Origin: Ascoidea asiatica JCM 7603
Lineage: Eukaryota; Fungi; Ascomycota
Direction: 5' to 3'
Assembly (NCBI GenBank): GCA_001600695.1
Contig: BCKQ01000025.1
Location: 16,722-80,721 of the forward strand
Length of the DNA stretch: 64,000 bases
Position 1 is the first letter of the stretch, and every line of letters starts with the position of its first letter. A program made the translations under genes and the position numbers. Below are positions 34,601 through 46,702 of the stretch, piece by piece. The notes below the pieces were generated by a model, which saw nothing but the letters and a program-made list of their open reading frames with translations, was not told where the DNA came from and did not search any database.

Positions 34601-35094
34601 GTATTTGTGTTTGTGTTTGTAGGGGGTAAAGGAGGTAAAGATGTTGAAATTGGAGTTTTAATAGCTGAAGGTAAAAAAGAAGGTTTAATTGGCTCATCTT
34701 CATCTTCTGAGAAATCTTCAGAAGAAAACCCATTATCGTCATCATCATCTTTATTATTATCATTACCATCTTTGGAATCATTGCTGGGAGCTTGTTTATT
34801 ATCAATTGAATCAATTTTATTTTTTTTTTCAGATGGAGTAATTATTGATTTTGGTCTTTGAGGAATTGGTAAACTTGGTTTTTCAATTTTTGGTTCAATA
34901 TATAATTCAACGAAGTTTTTTGGAAAGATACCTTCTTTTAATTGGCCATTTTCAATATAATTTCCACTATACCATTCATCATCTTCAATTGAAGTGATTG
35001 TGATGATTTGATTTGCATTAAATACTAAATCATCATCATATTCAGAAGTATAATCATAAAGTGCTTTGACTTTAAAAGGTGGATTCAGAGCCAT
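31657..35094 (-). CDS. BBC1: Bbc1/Mti1, SH3 myosin-tail-interacting actin patch protein
   Basis: N-terminal SH3 (FKVKALYDY..EWYSG..GIFPKNFV), PKMSLRERIALLQ, LRERMAKLSGGMGM, GYEADDDT and conserved C-terminal DYYILYDDYSQ domain. Confidence 0.9.
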   Translation of the reverse strand: MALNPPFKVKALYDYTSEYDDDLVFNANQIITITSIEDDEWYSGNYIENGQLKEGIFPKNFVELYIEPKIEKPSLPIPQRPKSIITPSEKKNKIDSIDNKQAPSNDSKDGNDNNKDDDDDNGFSSEDFSEDEDEPIKPSFLPSAIKTPISTSLPPLPPTNTNTNTNTIKVEPESSKIPSIPTTQPKQNTKIESITSSEILSKKVNLPSSSLSSSQSSSKPLKPAKKNDFFNKIAAFNQSSAPVLPSFKPKEQSFVKKPIWATSSHSSYIPPSFSNSNSNQYQKQKQRTESFNSSNSTNTSASTPSPPISNNQTNDHEEEVDALPKMSLRERIALLQTRQKEEADREEALHQKKLEKKKLDKKKKKHVPIPGSDSSTIKSEGDSQETSNLENNPEALDSSNIISEDSPKSIKRSNTTESSFKSPSRQSTIPMIPIPLPVSEENDDNEIKESQKIKQDSIQVNESEDDSKSLSESEIRNDKNENEEEESESEEEEDSEEARKAALRERMAKLSGGMGMFGMMGMGASPFGAIPPKKSKKKSKKTQIEEENENEEQSELPKAVPILPFTNPTQLPPALSKHHTTPSNGDNESLNENPNKNIENDSKEISKESDDEKYLDSDLETFEETSENKNQLSENNDSISQDAFNMNALRENLPENDMIGKIGINDKKIKIPIMSEEDEQVETYEEDEYDETDKDFKRSVSPPKPPKRDSIISKTGLIGDLNQSTASGASFDESDHSFQARSKLIDQNLIGKRPNKLLPPPPPSSIPPIPIDNNIISEGEVTGYEADDDTEAIHVPSAPKNSPPKLPDSVPPLPKSIAPSLPLNSANSENLKNSPEIEDETTELRNIRRSSTSNSIIEPVSSRKSMDSVTSYRSERSYPRSSIDSYSLLDTNEDNNLPKNIEIDVEESSDWWLGKELPYSLMKRFGKDLIFEVEENELIKRGNRKFINRDYYILYDDYSQTILTLLFDSNNPQKSIIFSQIHIPTPTINEDLLDNTYNSFGKKVYQLAIKSIGSNITDDFVNSLLNQIPNILKPIGSTFGLLIYKNNSNSNIIKIGDFKPGDIITISKGKFNGHNKLHQKMVFNVGFEGKPFSAIVTEWDSKKEKFRTIEKSNGGKIKQSSYRPSDLKSGQICVYRVIGKNFVNW

Positions 35095-35748
35095 TGTATT
35101 TAGAATTGTTATTATTTGTACCTTGGTTGTTATTTATTATTGATATTATAAAGGATAAATAAATATGAATATGAATAAGATTTAAATAGATTGATATGGA
35201 AGATAAAAAAAAATGATTGAATTGTAAAAGGGAGTATGTGAGATTTATATGAATTGTAAAATACAATAAATCAAAAAGAAATAGACTTGTAATAAGAATT
35301 GTTAAGAATAGATCGTAAGAACTTTAGGAAATAATTAAATAAATATCAAGAGTTAATAATTGGATAAATTGATGGATCAATGTTAGAAATAAAGGTATAT
35401 TCTCATAATTTTACCATTGAGATCTCAGGAATCCAAGACCTTTATTTTATTTTGGGCTTGAGATAGACTTCTGACCTCAGAGTTAACTGAAGACTGCTGA
35501 CAGAAATCAGAATTAACAACAAGACGTTATGGCAGCGGTGGAAGTGATCTCATTCTCCTGTCACGGAGCGGTGCCACGCCGTTGGAGTCAAAATGGTCAC
35601 GTTTGTTTTTGGTAAAAATTAAAAAAATAAAGAATATCCACAAATATGGAGTCGGTTACATAACATCCCCACAAAATTTAAAGAGCACCATTAAACTGGT
35701 CTCGATTATAATTATTTGATTTCAGGTACAAACTTTTTATTTATTTCA

Positions 35749-37518
35749 TTATTTAATATTTTTCAATAAATTTCTTTGTTTTTTCAATGCATTTAACCAT
35801 TCAAAATTGCTTATAATTACATTCTTAGGATCTTTTTGTAATTCATTTAATAAGAAACTAGTAAATTCACCTCCAATTCTACTCAAACTTTGAGAACAAT
35901 AAACAATTTGTAATAATAATGAATCTCTGATTGATTTTTCATTAATTTTATTAAAATTTTCTTTTAAAATAATTATTAAATAACTTAAAATATTTTTAAT
36001 AAATCCAAAAAATAATTGATCATTATCTGAGTATAATAATAATTTATCAATTTTATTATTAGTTTCATTAATTTCTTCATTTTCTGTTGGAAAAATTGTT
36101 TGAAATGTCATTATTGAAGAATAGCAATATTCTCTAATAACTTCAATTGATCTCTTGATATATTTTTCAATTGAATGATTTTTTAAAGGTATTAAAACTT
36201 CTAATTCATTGATAATAAATTGATATCTTGATTGTAAATATATTCTTTTTAAACATTTATTTAATAAAATTTCTGAATATTTCAGATTATCCAAACTTTC
36301 TAAATTATCTGAATTTTCATATTTATTATCTTCAAAATTTTCAAGTTTATAATTACTAATACTATCATCATTATTATTATTATTAATATTATTAGATTTA
36401 TTTAAATTTTCAAAAGGTTGAATTTTTTTTAAATATGAAATAATTTTAATAATAGTTGATTGTTTTAAATCTGTTTTTAATAAAGAAATTAAATTTATTA
36501 ACATTTCACTAATTTCATTATTTATACCATTTAAAATTTTATTAATAATTTCAATATCTGGATATTTTAATTTCAATTTTTTAATATATGAATTAATTTC
36601 TAAAGATTCTGAATAATAACCTGATTTCACACAAATATTAACTAATGTTGGTAATTCTAAAATATCCATAATTTCATCAATATTTTTTAATAATAAATTT
36701 ATATTTTTTTTATTTATTGTTGATAATTTTGAATTATTATTTATATTTTCAATCTCTTCACTATTCTTATTATTATTATTCTCAGTAAAGTCTTCTTTGT
36801 CATTTTGTAAGTCAATTTGTAAATCATTTTGTAAATCTAAATCATTTTGATATTCATAATCATAATCATAATCATTATTATTTTCATTTCCAAATTCATT
36901 TGGATTTAATTTATTTATAATTTTTTTTAAATTAATGATTGAAATATTTAAATCTTCATTTTTATTAAAATTTTTATCAATTTTATTCAATTGTTTTAAA
37001 AAATCATTATTATATTCATCAATTAAATTAATTAATTGAAATCTTGAATTAATAATTAAATCTTTTGAATTTGAAATATATGATTTTAATTTATTATCAA
37101 TAATTCTTTGAGATGAATCTAATTCTGCTATTTCTTCAATTATTGAACTTATTTTATTTTCATTATTTATATCATTATTTAATGTATTCTTTTCATCTTT
37201 GTTGTTATTATTATCATTTGATAAAGTTATTGAATTTCTTGAATTTGAAACTGTTGATGTTGGCATTGGCGGTAAAGCAGATGATGATAAAATATCATCA
37301 TTATTGTTATTAATCAAATCATTTAAATAGTTCAATGCAAAGTTTTTATTCTCTTCATTATTTTCAATTAATAATCTAATCTTTTCTGGTAAATTAACTG
37401 ATAAAGTATCTAATAAAAGCTGAACATTAGATGTATCTACATTTAAATCTTCTTCAAGATCCTGATTTTCATTACTGGGTATTAAATCCAGATAATTTGA
37501 TTCTTCAATTATTGACAT
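35749..37518 (-). CDS. COG8: COG complex subunit 8 (Dor1)
   Basis: DILELPTLVNICVKSGYYSESLE, KIISYLKKI, YIKRSIEVIREY and SLLLQIVYCSQSLSRIGGEF. Confidence 0.92.
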   Translation of the reverse strand: MSIIEESNYLDLIPSNENQDLEEDLNVDTSNVQLLLDTLSVNLPEKIRLLIENNEENKNFALNYLNDLINNNNDDILSSSALPPMPTSTVSNSRNSITLSNDNNNNKDEKNTLNNDINNENKISSIIEEIAELDSSQRIIDNKLKSYISNSKDLIINSRFQLINLIDEYNNDFLKQLNKIDKNFNKNEDLNISIINLKKIINKLNPNEFGNENNNDYDYDYEYQNDLDLQNDLQIDLQNDKEDFTENNNNKNSEEIENINNNSKLSTINKKNINLLLKNIDEIMDILELPTLVNICVKSGYYSESLEINSYIKKLKLKYPDIEIINKILNGINNEISEMLINLISLLKTDLKQSTIIKIISYLKKIQPFENLNKSNNINNNNNDDSISNYKLENFEDNKYENSDNLESLDNLKYSEILLNKCLKRIYLQSRYQFIINELEVLIPLKNHSIEKYIKRSIEVIREYCYSSIMTFQTIFPTENEEINETNNKIDKLLLYSDNDQLFFGFIKNILSYLIIILKENFNKINEKSIRDSLLLQIVYCSQSLSRIGGEFTSFLLNELQKDPKNVIISNFEWLNALKKQRNLLKNIK

Positions 37519-37846
37519 TTTCTATTTATATTCTGGTATATTTTCTCTTCTTCTTCTTCTATTATATCATCTTCCTTTTCTTCTTTATCTTTATTCATTG
37601 TCATTATAAATTCAAATTCAACAACAACAGCTCAAATCTCTGAAAAACAATTACGTAATACAAACAGCTTCTTTTACTCAGCCGCGTGTTAGGAGCTTGT
37701 GTCTAAAAACAGAATGTGTGGCTAGAGTTTAATATTTGTTTATTTTTTAGATCTTTTTTGATTAATTTCAATGTTTATTTTACTTATTTGATTATATTTG
37801 GTTAATTGAATCAAAGTAATTCAAATTCAAAAGTCAATAGCTTCAT

Positions 37847-38920
37847 ATGGATCCTTCAAGTGATTTATTAATATCTTTAGGTTTAAGATCTGATCCAGAT
37901 TATGAAAGAGATTATGAAAAAAAAATAAATTCAAAAATCTCAGATTATGAAGAATCAAATAATGAATTAACTAATGAAATAATTGAATTAGATAAGCAAA
38001 ATTTAGAATTGATTAATCAAATCAAATCAAATAAAGAAAATCATTCAAATTTAGATACTTTATCATTATGTTTCAAAGAAATCTTTTCAAATAGTGTTGA
38101 AATTTCAAATAATAATACAAGAGAAAAAAGGCATCAAAAATTAAATAAAATTTTAAAAGAAAAAAAAATTATAAAAAATTTAAATATTGAAAATATTTAT
38201 AGATTTTTTGGAATTTCATTTTTTCCAATTCAAGATCAAATTAATTTTAATAATGAAAGTTTCATTGGTATAAGATTTGATTATTTTAATAAATTTAGTA
38301 AAAACTTTGATGTGCCAAATTATATAATTCTAAAAAAATTAAATAATATTAAAAATGAAAAAATTATTCAAACAAAAGAGTTTTTAGAAATTAATAATGA
38401 AAATAATGAAGAAAAAGAAGAAGAGAATAATGAAGATAATTATGTTTGGGAAATTCATAAACATACAATACCAAATTTTATAAATTTAAATGAATTATTA
38501 ATTAAATTTAAGTATAACTTGATAAAATTCTCAAAAAATATATTCAAATTACTAAATCATTTAAATGAAAGAAAATTAATATTTAATATTAAAAAACTTA
38601 AAATAGCTGAAAATAATGATAATAATGATAATTATTTGAGAATAATTGAAAAGAATTTATCATTTACAAAAATTTTATTAAATTTAAATTATAATTATAA
38701 TTTACAAATTTTAATTAATTATTTAAATAGAATAGAAAATGTTTTATTAATTGAAATTGAAGATAATAACAAACTCAATAAAATTTATGATAATGAAAAC
38801 AATAAAGGATATTTATCAAAAGAAGAAAAATTACATTGCCAACAAATTTTAAAAAATGATTTAAGTCAATTAACTAATAACTTAAATCGCGTTTTAAATA
38901 TAATTAACAAAAATAACTAA
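37847..38920 (+). CDS. MCM21: Kinetochore COMA subunit Mcm21/CENP-O
   Basis: ENIYRFFGISFFP..D, FIGIRFDYF, YIILKK and WEIHKHTIPNFI (CENP-O RWD domain); N-terminal coiled coil. Confidence 0.85.
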   Translation: MDPSSDLLISLGLRSDPDYERDYEKKINSKISDYEESNNELTNEIIELDKQNLELINQIKSNKENHSNLDTLSLCFKEIFSNSVEISNNNTREKRHQKLNKILKEKKIIKNLNIENIYRFFGISFFPIQDQINFNNESFIGIRFDYFNKFSKNFDVPNYIILKKLNNIKNEKIIQTKEFLEINNENNEEKEEENNEDNYVWEIHKHTIPNFINLNELLIKFKYNLIKFSKNIFKLLNHLNERKLIFNIKKLKIAENNDNNDNYLRIIEKNLSFTKILLNLNYNYNLQILINYLNRIENVLLIEIEDNNKLNKIYDNENNKGYLSKEEKLHCQQILKNDLSQLTNNLNRVLNIINKNN

Positions 38921-39619
38921 TTAATAAAACAAAAATAGAGTTATTCTTTTTTTTTTAAAAAATGAATTTGAATAAATAACAAAAAGGATTTGCTTTATAA
39001 GATAATCTTGGAAATATGTCCATGAGTAATGAAAGTTACATTAAATAAGTAAAAAAATATTTTAAGTAAGAACCTGTTTTTTTTTTAAATTTTAGTTATA
39101 TTCTTGAAAACTTACTTCAATCCTTTCAAGTAACTTTATTTCAATGGTGATTCTATTAAAATTTTCAATTAATGGTGAAAGATACAAACTCATAATTTGA
39201 TTTTTCTTTCTTCAAAGTAGAAAAACTATTCATCTAAAATTCAGTTTATTCTCAATTCTAATCTATTTCTAGGTCTGCGTTAGTTGGCATAATTTAGAAA
39301 TATGAATTAAACCAGAACTGTGGGAGATTCCATTTTTCTGATCGAAACCACTTTCACGGGTTCAAAGCGAGCAAAAACTTTAAATTTGATTGTTGACATT
39401 TTAATTAAACAAATCTAAACTTTTTAAATCTTAGAAAAATCTTTTTGAAATTAAATAATCAAATTAATTACTATTTGTCCATTTTCTCAAAAAATCATAC
39501 CTTTATTTTCTTCAAATAAAAGAGCGTGAGGCAAATTTTTAGATTCAGTTTGAAGTTTGGAAATTAATCCAAAATATAATTGCTAAAAAGCTTCTATTAA
39601 GTTGTAATGATTAGATTTT

Positions 39620-40441
39620 ATGTTAAGAATTTTAAAAGGAATATTGCTATTAGGTAGGAATTTACTTGTTATTCCTGAATTTTACAAAATTAAAGTAAAT
39701 GATGGTAATAAAAACTCCAATTTTTCAAGTAAATTGAATTTTAGAAAATTCAAAATATTAGTTTTTGAAAAGCTCTTCAAATATTGGAAAATCTTGAGAA
39801 ATTATCAAAAAAAATAAAAACTAGATTACCAATAACTTTTTTTTCATATATTGAATATTTTATCAGGCGAATTTTATTTCTCAAATATGGACACAACTGC
39901 TTGTCGATTAAATGAAATACAAACAAAAACAGAAACAAATAGTATTCTTTATGAAAAAAGTATGCGAGATTTTTATTTTTTATTATTACATTATTCCCAA
40001 ATATTTAAAGATTTAGCATTTTCATCTAAATTTTCAATTTACCTGACCAATTTTTTAGCCGATATTATGATAAACAATACAAAATAAGCTATAAACGAGT
40101 CAAGATTTAAGACAAATCAATTTTTATATAAAAAAAATAAGTTGGAAGATGAGAAAAATGGAATACTCTTGATAAGTTTTTTAACTCTTAAGTTTAGAAA
40201 ATATGAAGATAAAATGATTGAAAATGATGATGAAAATGATATAAACATTAAAAAATTTGAAGAAATTTCAGTAATTTTATTTGAAATTTTCAACAAAGTG
40301 AAAATTTGTGGGAATTTGACAAACTTTTTCATTAAAAAAAGTTATAGAAACAGAAGAAATTTCAATTTATTTATTCAAAATAATACAGTTGATAATTGGT
40401 TTCCATTTGAACAAAGAATTTTGCAGACTATGATTCAATAA
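39620..40441 (+). pseudogene. Decayed protein-coding gene of unknown family (may extend about 39300-41150)
   Basis: Three listed ORFs share one frame: 274 codons with only three internal TAA stops (39815, 39833, 40085) in very AT-rich DNA. Confidence 0.55.
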
Positions 40442-43400
40442 TGCTATTAACTTTTTTATATGATTCACTAAAGGATTGTGAAAAAATACTACCAAAATTT
40501 TTCTCCAAAGAAGACAAAAATCAAAGTAAAAATGGCTTATCAGTATTTTATGAAAAAGTTAAAAAGATATTAAAATAAGAATATTTAATATTTCAAATGG
40601 CAAAATCAAACCATTATTCAAAATATCTGAACGAGAAATTGAAGATATTCAGGATAAATTAGCCCTAAAAAGTATAGAAGAAAAATTCACCAAGCATTTA
40701 AATCATGATTTTGGAAGTATAAAAAGCTTCATTATTGAAATAGTTTCATCTTTAGTTTATGATAATTTCAGAAATCAAGAAGTTATAAACGAAAAATACT
40801 TGTTAGATAATTGAATATTTGACAAGTTAAATCCTTTCATTAAAGAATGAATAATTGTTTGTTTAACATTTTCGTAGACAAGCAATTCTAAAAACCAAGA
40901 ATTCATCAAACAGATTTAACCTCAGAATATTGAAAAGTATTATCAAAATAGTAATCTCATTATGTTATCCAAAAGCAGTGTAGGATAATGTAAAGTTACA
41001 GTCTGTAAGATTAAAGGAATTAAGCTAAATTCAAATATAAAATTAGAGTGACCAATTAGTTATCTGGGGGAATAGAATTTTATTCATTAAAAAAGACCTA
41101 AAATTGATTAAAATTAATGGCGAATTTGTTGAATCAAAGGACTCCGAATAAGGTTGTGACAAAAGTTATCTTTACTTTAACATAATTTTTTTTTTTAAAT
41201 CAAATAAGTTCTCTATTTCATATTTGTTAATAGGCTTAAACTATTTAAAATTAATACCCGAAATTTTACTTATTAAGTGAATTAAATATCAATTTGTAAG
41301 TTTTTTACAAGAATATCGACATGCGGAAATAGATTAACTTCAACTTAAAAGACATAAAGTAATTTTAAATTCGGTTTATTTATCTGATTTTATACAGATT
41401 TATTAAAAATTTACTTTAATACCCTCTTTAGTTCCATCGGAGTTTCTAGGTAGTTGTTTGCAAGGTAAAAAAGTTAAAGTTTTTACAAAAAATGAATAAA
41501 AGTGTTATTTAGTTGGTTGATAATGGTTTTTTTATGAGAATAAAATTGACATAATTAATTACTCAAACACCCAATTCTCTTTAATGAAATCAAAAAATAT
41601 AAATATCAGTAACGTTAACCGTTGCTTCTTCTTTTTATTTATATTTATTTTCTTATTTTTAAAGGAATATTATTTTTAATTTCTATGTAATATTTATTGT
41701 TTTCGAATCTTGTATATCTCGTATCCTACCATCATTACCTGTAGGACTCTAAAAACACTACGTAATGATTATTATACACCCATGAAAACAGGATTATTTT
41801 ACTGTAAATAGAAGCTTCTCTGTAATTGGGAACTATCCGGATTGTATCAACAAAAATTTAAATTCTTAAATTAAAATCCGGTGTATGGAGTTTCCAATCC
41901 GCCATAAAACTAAATCCTGGCAGCTTTCAAAAATTGACAAACACGGATTTATTCCGAGCAGGTAAGGTTCAATTAATTTATCGGGAAATAAAAAAGTTCG
42001 TCAATATTTCTACAGGTCCCTCGAGAGTTTTTCAAGTGTTCGTTAAGATTCCACCGAATATGTCGGGACGTTTATTTTAAATGTAGGCCACTGTTTTAAT
42101 AAGCAGACCTGGTGGATCTCAGGTTTGGTTTGCAATATACGATTTTGCGAGGCCCGAACTAGGTTTCGTTACTGATTGTAAGGTTAGTATTATGCGTTTA
42201 AGAGTCTAGTGTTTGGGATGATATTCTCCCGCTAAGCCAATTAACGTTGTGTTTCGCTTCATAAATAATTTTAATTCTTTGCAGAAAAAGTGGTATCATT
42301 TTTCAAGAAAATAAACATGGAAAAAATATTAATATTTTATAATTTTTATAATATTTATGATTTTTTTCTATGATTAACATAAACAAAATTACTCGAAAGC
42401 TCTTACTTTTTGTGTTTTTTCAAAGAATTGGTTAAAGAAATCTCTCCATAATATCTTCAAAAAAATTTTGCTTCAATTGTTATCAAGGTACAGTAATGAC
42501 ACCAATTCCGGTTTTTATTATGGTTTTAATATATTAGAGTTTTATAGTAATAATGATTTTCTAATATGACAATAAACAATGAATGATATATTAATATTTA
42601 AATTATCTTTTGTTAATCTTTAGCAACCTACAGCCTGTAACTGAGTTATAATTATGATTTGGGTGAAGAAAAATTAATTTAATATCAGTATTAATAGGTA
42701 AATTTACATTTGATATGATAAAAGATTATTGAAATTTAAAATTTACCATATTTTATAAAATTTCCTAATTATCAGTTTCATTTAATTTCTTTTATTTCAA
42801 TATTATTCTCTTAAGAAACCAATTCAAACTGTCATTTTCAGCTGGTTAATAAATAATTTAAAAAAAGTATCTAAATATCGATATCGGTTTCAAATATTTT
42901 CTTAATATTGAAAGATATAAATAATTAAACAAATAAATATAAGCTACATCAAACTCTTGAATTCTTAAATCTTTAAATTCTTAAATTCCAATAAATAAAC
43001 TTCTCAAGTCATAATCTGTGATATTGATGATTAATTAAAATTTAAAAACAAATTCTGGTGCAGGTTACTTTTTTGTCTCTTTTAAATATTAATATTACAA
43101 TTTCCATTTGATTTTAATCATTAATCAATTATTAATCCAAGTAAATCAATATTAAAATAACTTATTGATACAGTGTGCACATTTATAATTTTTCCCATTT
43201 GAAAATTTTTATCCTTACAAGAAAAACTTCAGTTAAATCTCTAAGAAAATAAATAAAATAGATTTGAAATCAATCTTTCAAATTTTTTTTGAACTCTTTG
43301 AACTCCTTTAAATCTTAGAGAAAGTTTTCATTTCAAATATTCAAGATTCTAAGATTTGGTATTAATTTACTTTTTTTTAAAGGGGTCATTTTAACACATA

Positions 43401-43652
43401 ATTCATAAATTATAAAAAATCACACCAGTTCAATATTATTTTGTTTTAAATTTTCTAAATTTAATAAGAGTGTAGTATATAATCTATCATCTACCAATTG
43501 CTATTTATAAACTGTCATTTATAATATATTATTTAATGATATAAATTCAAAGAAATCACTAAGTTTTAGCTTCTTTAATTTTTTCAATTTAATATCAATT
43601 ATATTATACTATACTATATATCTTATATTATACAATATAATAATATAATAAA

Positions 43653-44126
43653 ATGGCATTACATAATTATATATATTCTAAACATCATGATGATATTATT
43701 GATAAAATTGCAAGACCAAATGATTATAGACCAAAATTAAAAAAAAAGACAATTGAAGATAATTTTAAAAATGAAATTAGATTAAATAAAATTAGAATTA
43801 GAAATGAAGAAAGAAATAGATTATTAAATGAATCATTTAATAAAGAAAGAAGAAAAAAACTTGAAAAAAATCAATCAATCAATCAAAATGGAACTCAAAA
43901 TAATATTATGAATAATAATAATAATAATAAGAATAATATTTATAATAATGATAATAGGAATAATGAATTTACTAAGTTTAATAAATTAGGAGATATGAAA
44001 AATATTGAAATTAATAATAGAAATGGAAATGGAAATGGAAATGGAAATATTGTTGAAAATGTTGATTATAATGAAAGTGGAAATGAAAATGGAAATTGTA
44101 AATTTAATTGTAAATATACTAGTTGA
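43653..44126 (+). CDS. Small hypothetical protein (157 aa)
   Basis: Good start context AAAATGG, genome-typical codon usage and Asn-rich tail; N-terminal MALHNYIYSKHH followed by a basic helix. Confidence 0.65.
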   Translation: MALHNYIYSKHHDDIIDKIARPNDYRPKLKKKTIEDNFKNEIRLNKIRIRNEERNRLLNESFNKERRKKLEKNQSINQNGTQNNIMNNNNNNKNNIYNNDNRNNEFTKFNKLGDMKNIEINNRNGNGNGNGNIVENVDYNESGNENGNCKFNCKYTS

Positions 44127-46351
44127 CCTATAATAAGAAATTATCAATTATTATTAATCACTACTAATCACTATTAATTACTTTTATCCTGTATTAAATT
44201 TCATAATTATTTTCTGCTAAAATTTCACTCTTTAATTTTTCATTTTTAATGTTTTTAAATGCTTCATCATTTCAAAAAAAAAAGTCTTCCTATTTATTAT
44301 ATTTCATATTTAATTTTACATTTCATAGTTCATGAATTTTCTTTTATTTTTATTTATTTATTAATTTATTTTTATTTATTTATTTATTTTTATCCTTATT
44401 TATCTTTATTTAACTAATTATGTTATTTTCTTTAATATTTTCTCATTTCTGTTTAAATTGATGATATATGAACGTCCTGCTTTATTTATATTTCTTTTAT
44501 TTGTTTTTATCAAAAAATCATTGTGACTTATTTTGTGTTTGATTAATTTCTGATATTATATTCTATTAACCTGCGAAATGTGTCCTACCAAATCTCTTAC
44601 GATTACTTGGAACTTTTTGTACTAATATTGAAGGGTTGTTTTAGAAAAGTTTGTTTATTATTTCACGTGATACAATATTCCAATAAATTATGTTCATTAA
44701 GTTAATCTTATGTCTTCCAAACCGAATTTTTAACGGAACACATTTCATGGATTAACAGCTATTTATTGTCCTAAAAACAAGCATTTATTTTTATTGCATA
44801 TTGTTTACTTTGAAACCTATTTTAAGGCAATCCTTAAAAGTGGCGACAGAAAAATTTCATGAAAAGAAAAAAAAAATTTAAAATGGGTTTTCTAAAATTT
44901 GCATTCTAAAAAAGACTTTCAATATTAAACAACAAGTTTTCATCGACAATTCTTAAACAATAAAGAAAAATAAGTATCGAATTAGTGTTACAAATATAAG
45001 AATCAAATTCAAGATCAAATTAAAAAGTAATAATATGATTTATAATATATTTAAATGTTAATGTCATTTGACACTCATTTTTCAAAGATAGTTTGATTAA
45101 CTGCAAAAACTGCAAATTAAAAAGGTTTTCTCCAAATAAGCTCTAATAAACAAATTCATGATTTTTCTATCCAACAATTATCACAAAGCATAATATTATA
45201 AATTTAAAAACAATAAAATTATACTTGTACTGTCTATATGATGTTGGACTTGATTAAAAAAAAGAATTAGAAAAGTATCTAAAAGTAAGAAAGAGAAGAA
45301 GTCTTAAATAGTTGGATTTTTCAACAATCAAATCAAGTTACCCAGTCCTTAGTAAAAATTAGTTAAAACTAGGTCAATTAACATATCATGTGATATTAAG
45401 TAATTGAAGATATTTACTTTACGTAAGTGAAGTGAAATTGTTAAACATGAAACACGTCAGTGTATCGAAATCTGAAATCGCATTGTAAGAGAATATTTCA
45501 AACCACATCCATGGAACTGAAACTGCAATAGAGGCGTTCAACGCGTACATTTTTTAGTCGAGTGGCAATTGTCCTTTTTAACGAACAACGAACTAACATC
45601 AAGTCAGGTGATAATCAAATAAAACTAAAATGTTCCGTGATCTAGTTACGGAACAGAAATCTTATGTCCGCATATAGTTCCGTTTTAGAATCCGTATCTG
45701 AATTTTCCTCATCCGATTAATTCCACTGTAAGCGTTTTCCTGATAGCTCGATTTACGTTGACACGGAAATAATGGTAAGCAAAGCGATTCTTATTCTGGA
45801 TTCCTGAATTATGCACATTCTGTTAACAAAAGAAATAAAAAGCTTTCTCTGCAAGTTACTAAAAAAGCAGCAAATCAAAGTTTATTATTTAAAGGACTGG
45901 CTGACTGGTTTTGTTGACTGGCTGAATTTTGACGGTTCAATTTTTGCCGTTGCTTGTGAGATTTTCATTGTACAGTAATCGGTTACGTTGAAATTACAAA
46001 AAAATTGAAAAAAAAAACAAAATAAAAATGTCCCTCTTTCTTAGCTGAATACTAATTATATTGATTTTTTACCTCTTTGGATAGAATGTTCTGATAATAA
46101 AGGTATCTGCTACCGATTTTTTTCTATCGTATTGTATCAAACAATGCAAAAGTAATATAAATTCACCAACTTGGAATGGTTTAACTCAGTCCGAGCCTTG
46201 TATCAGTCTCAGTCTCAGCTAAATTCTGATTAGGCGAGTGTTCAAATCTAAGACCTCTGAAAACAACAGGTATTCCATATCCCAATAGAGAAGGGGTTTG
46301 AACTTCGAACACCGATCGGTGCCAAATTATGAGGTAAGTAAGAAAAAAAGG

Positions 46352-46358
46352 CGGGTAA
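46352..46358. promoter_or_regulatory. Reb1-like site in GC-rich island upstream of TDA9
   Basis: CGGGTAA. Confidence 0.4.
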
Positions 46359-46672
46359 CACGGGTGCCGGGTTTATAGGAATTTAGCGATATCCGATAAA
46401 TCCATATTGTTTTCGCAGAAGTTTCTATTGGCTTCCATTGATGTGGAACCTCAAAACTGGATGATAGCAGCAGTTGCCCTGGTTCAAAACAGATGAAAAC
46501 CGATTTCAACATGTGTAAACAGGAAATACAAAAAATTCAATCGGCACAGGCCAAATCGAGATCCAAGTCAGTTCCGGAAATCCCTGGTAGTCCGTGTAGC
46601 AGAGGTGTAGTGTGCTTTTTGTATTTCTAATAATTTTACCTCCAACAGTTGAGTTAACAGTACCGCAGTGAG

Positions 46673-46702
46673 TGAATGAATGAATGAATGAATGAATGAA
46701 TG
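46673..46702. repeat. (GAAT)n microsatellite
   Basis: About 7 tandem copies. Confidence 0.9.

Noticed and set aside
35530-35590. GC-rich hairpin CTCC-TGTCAC-GGAG resembling a tRNA arm
   Set aside because: No T-loop or acceptor stem; better explained as BBC1 promoter sequence
44663-44730. Point-centromere-like TCACGTGA...CCGAA
   Set aside because: Spacer too short and not AT-rich enough for CDEII, poor CDEIII match, and point centromeres are not expected in a complex I-containing yeast. A regional centromere in 39-48 kb cannot be supported from sequence alone
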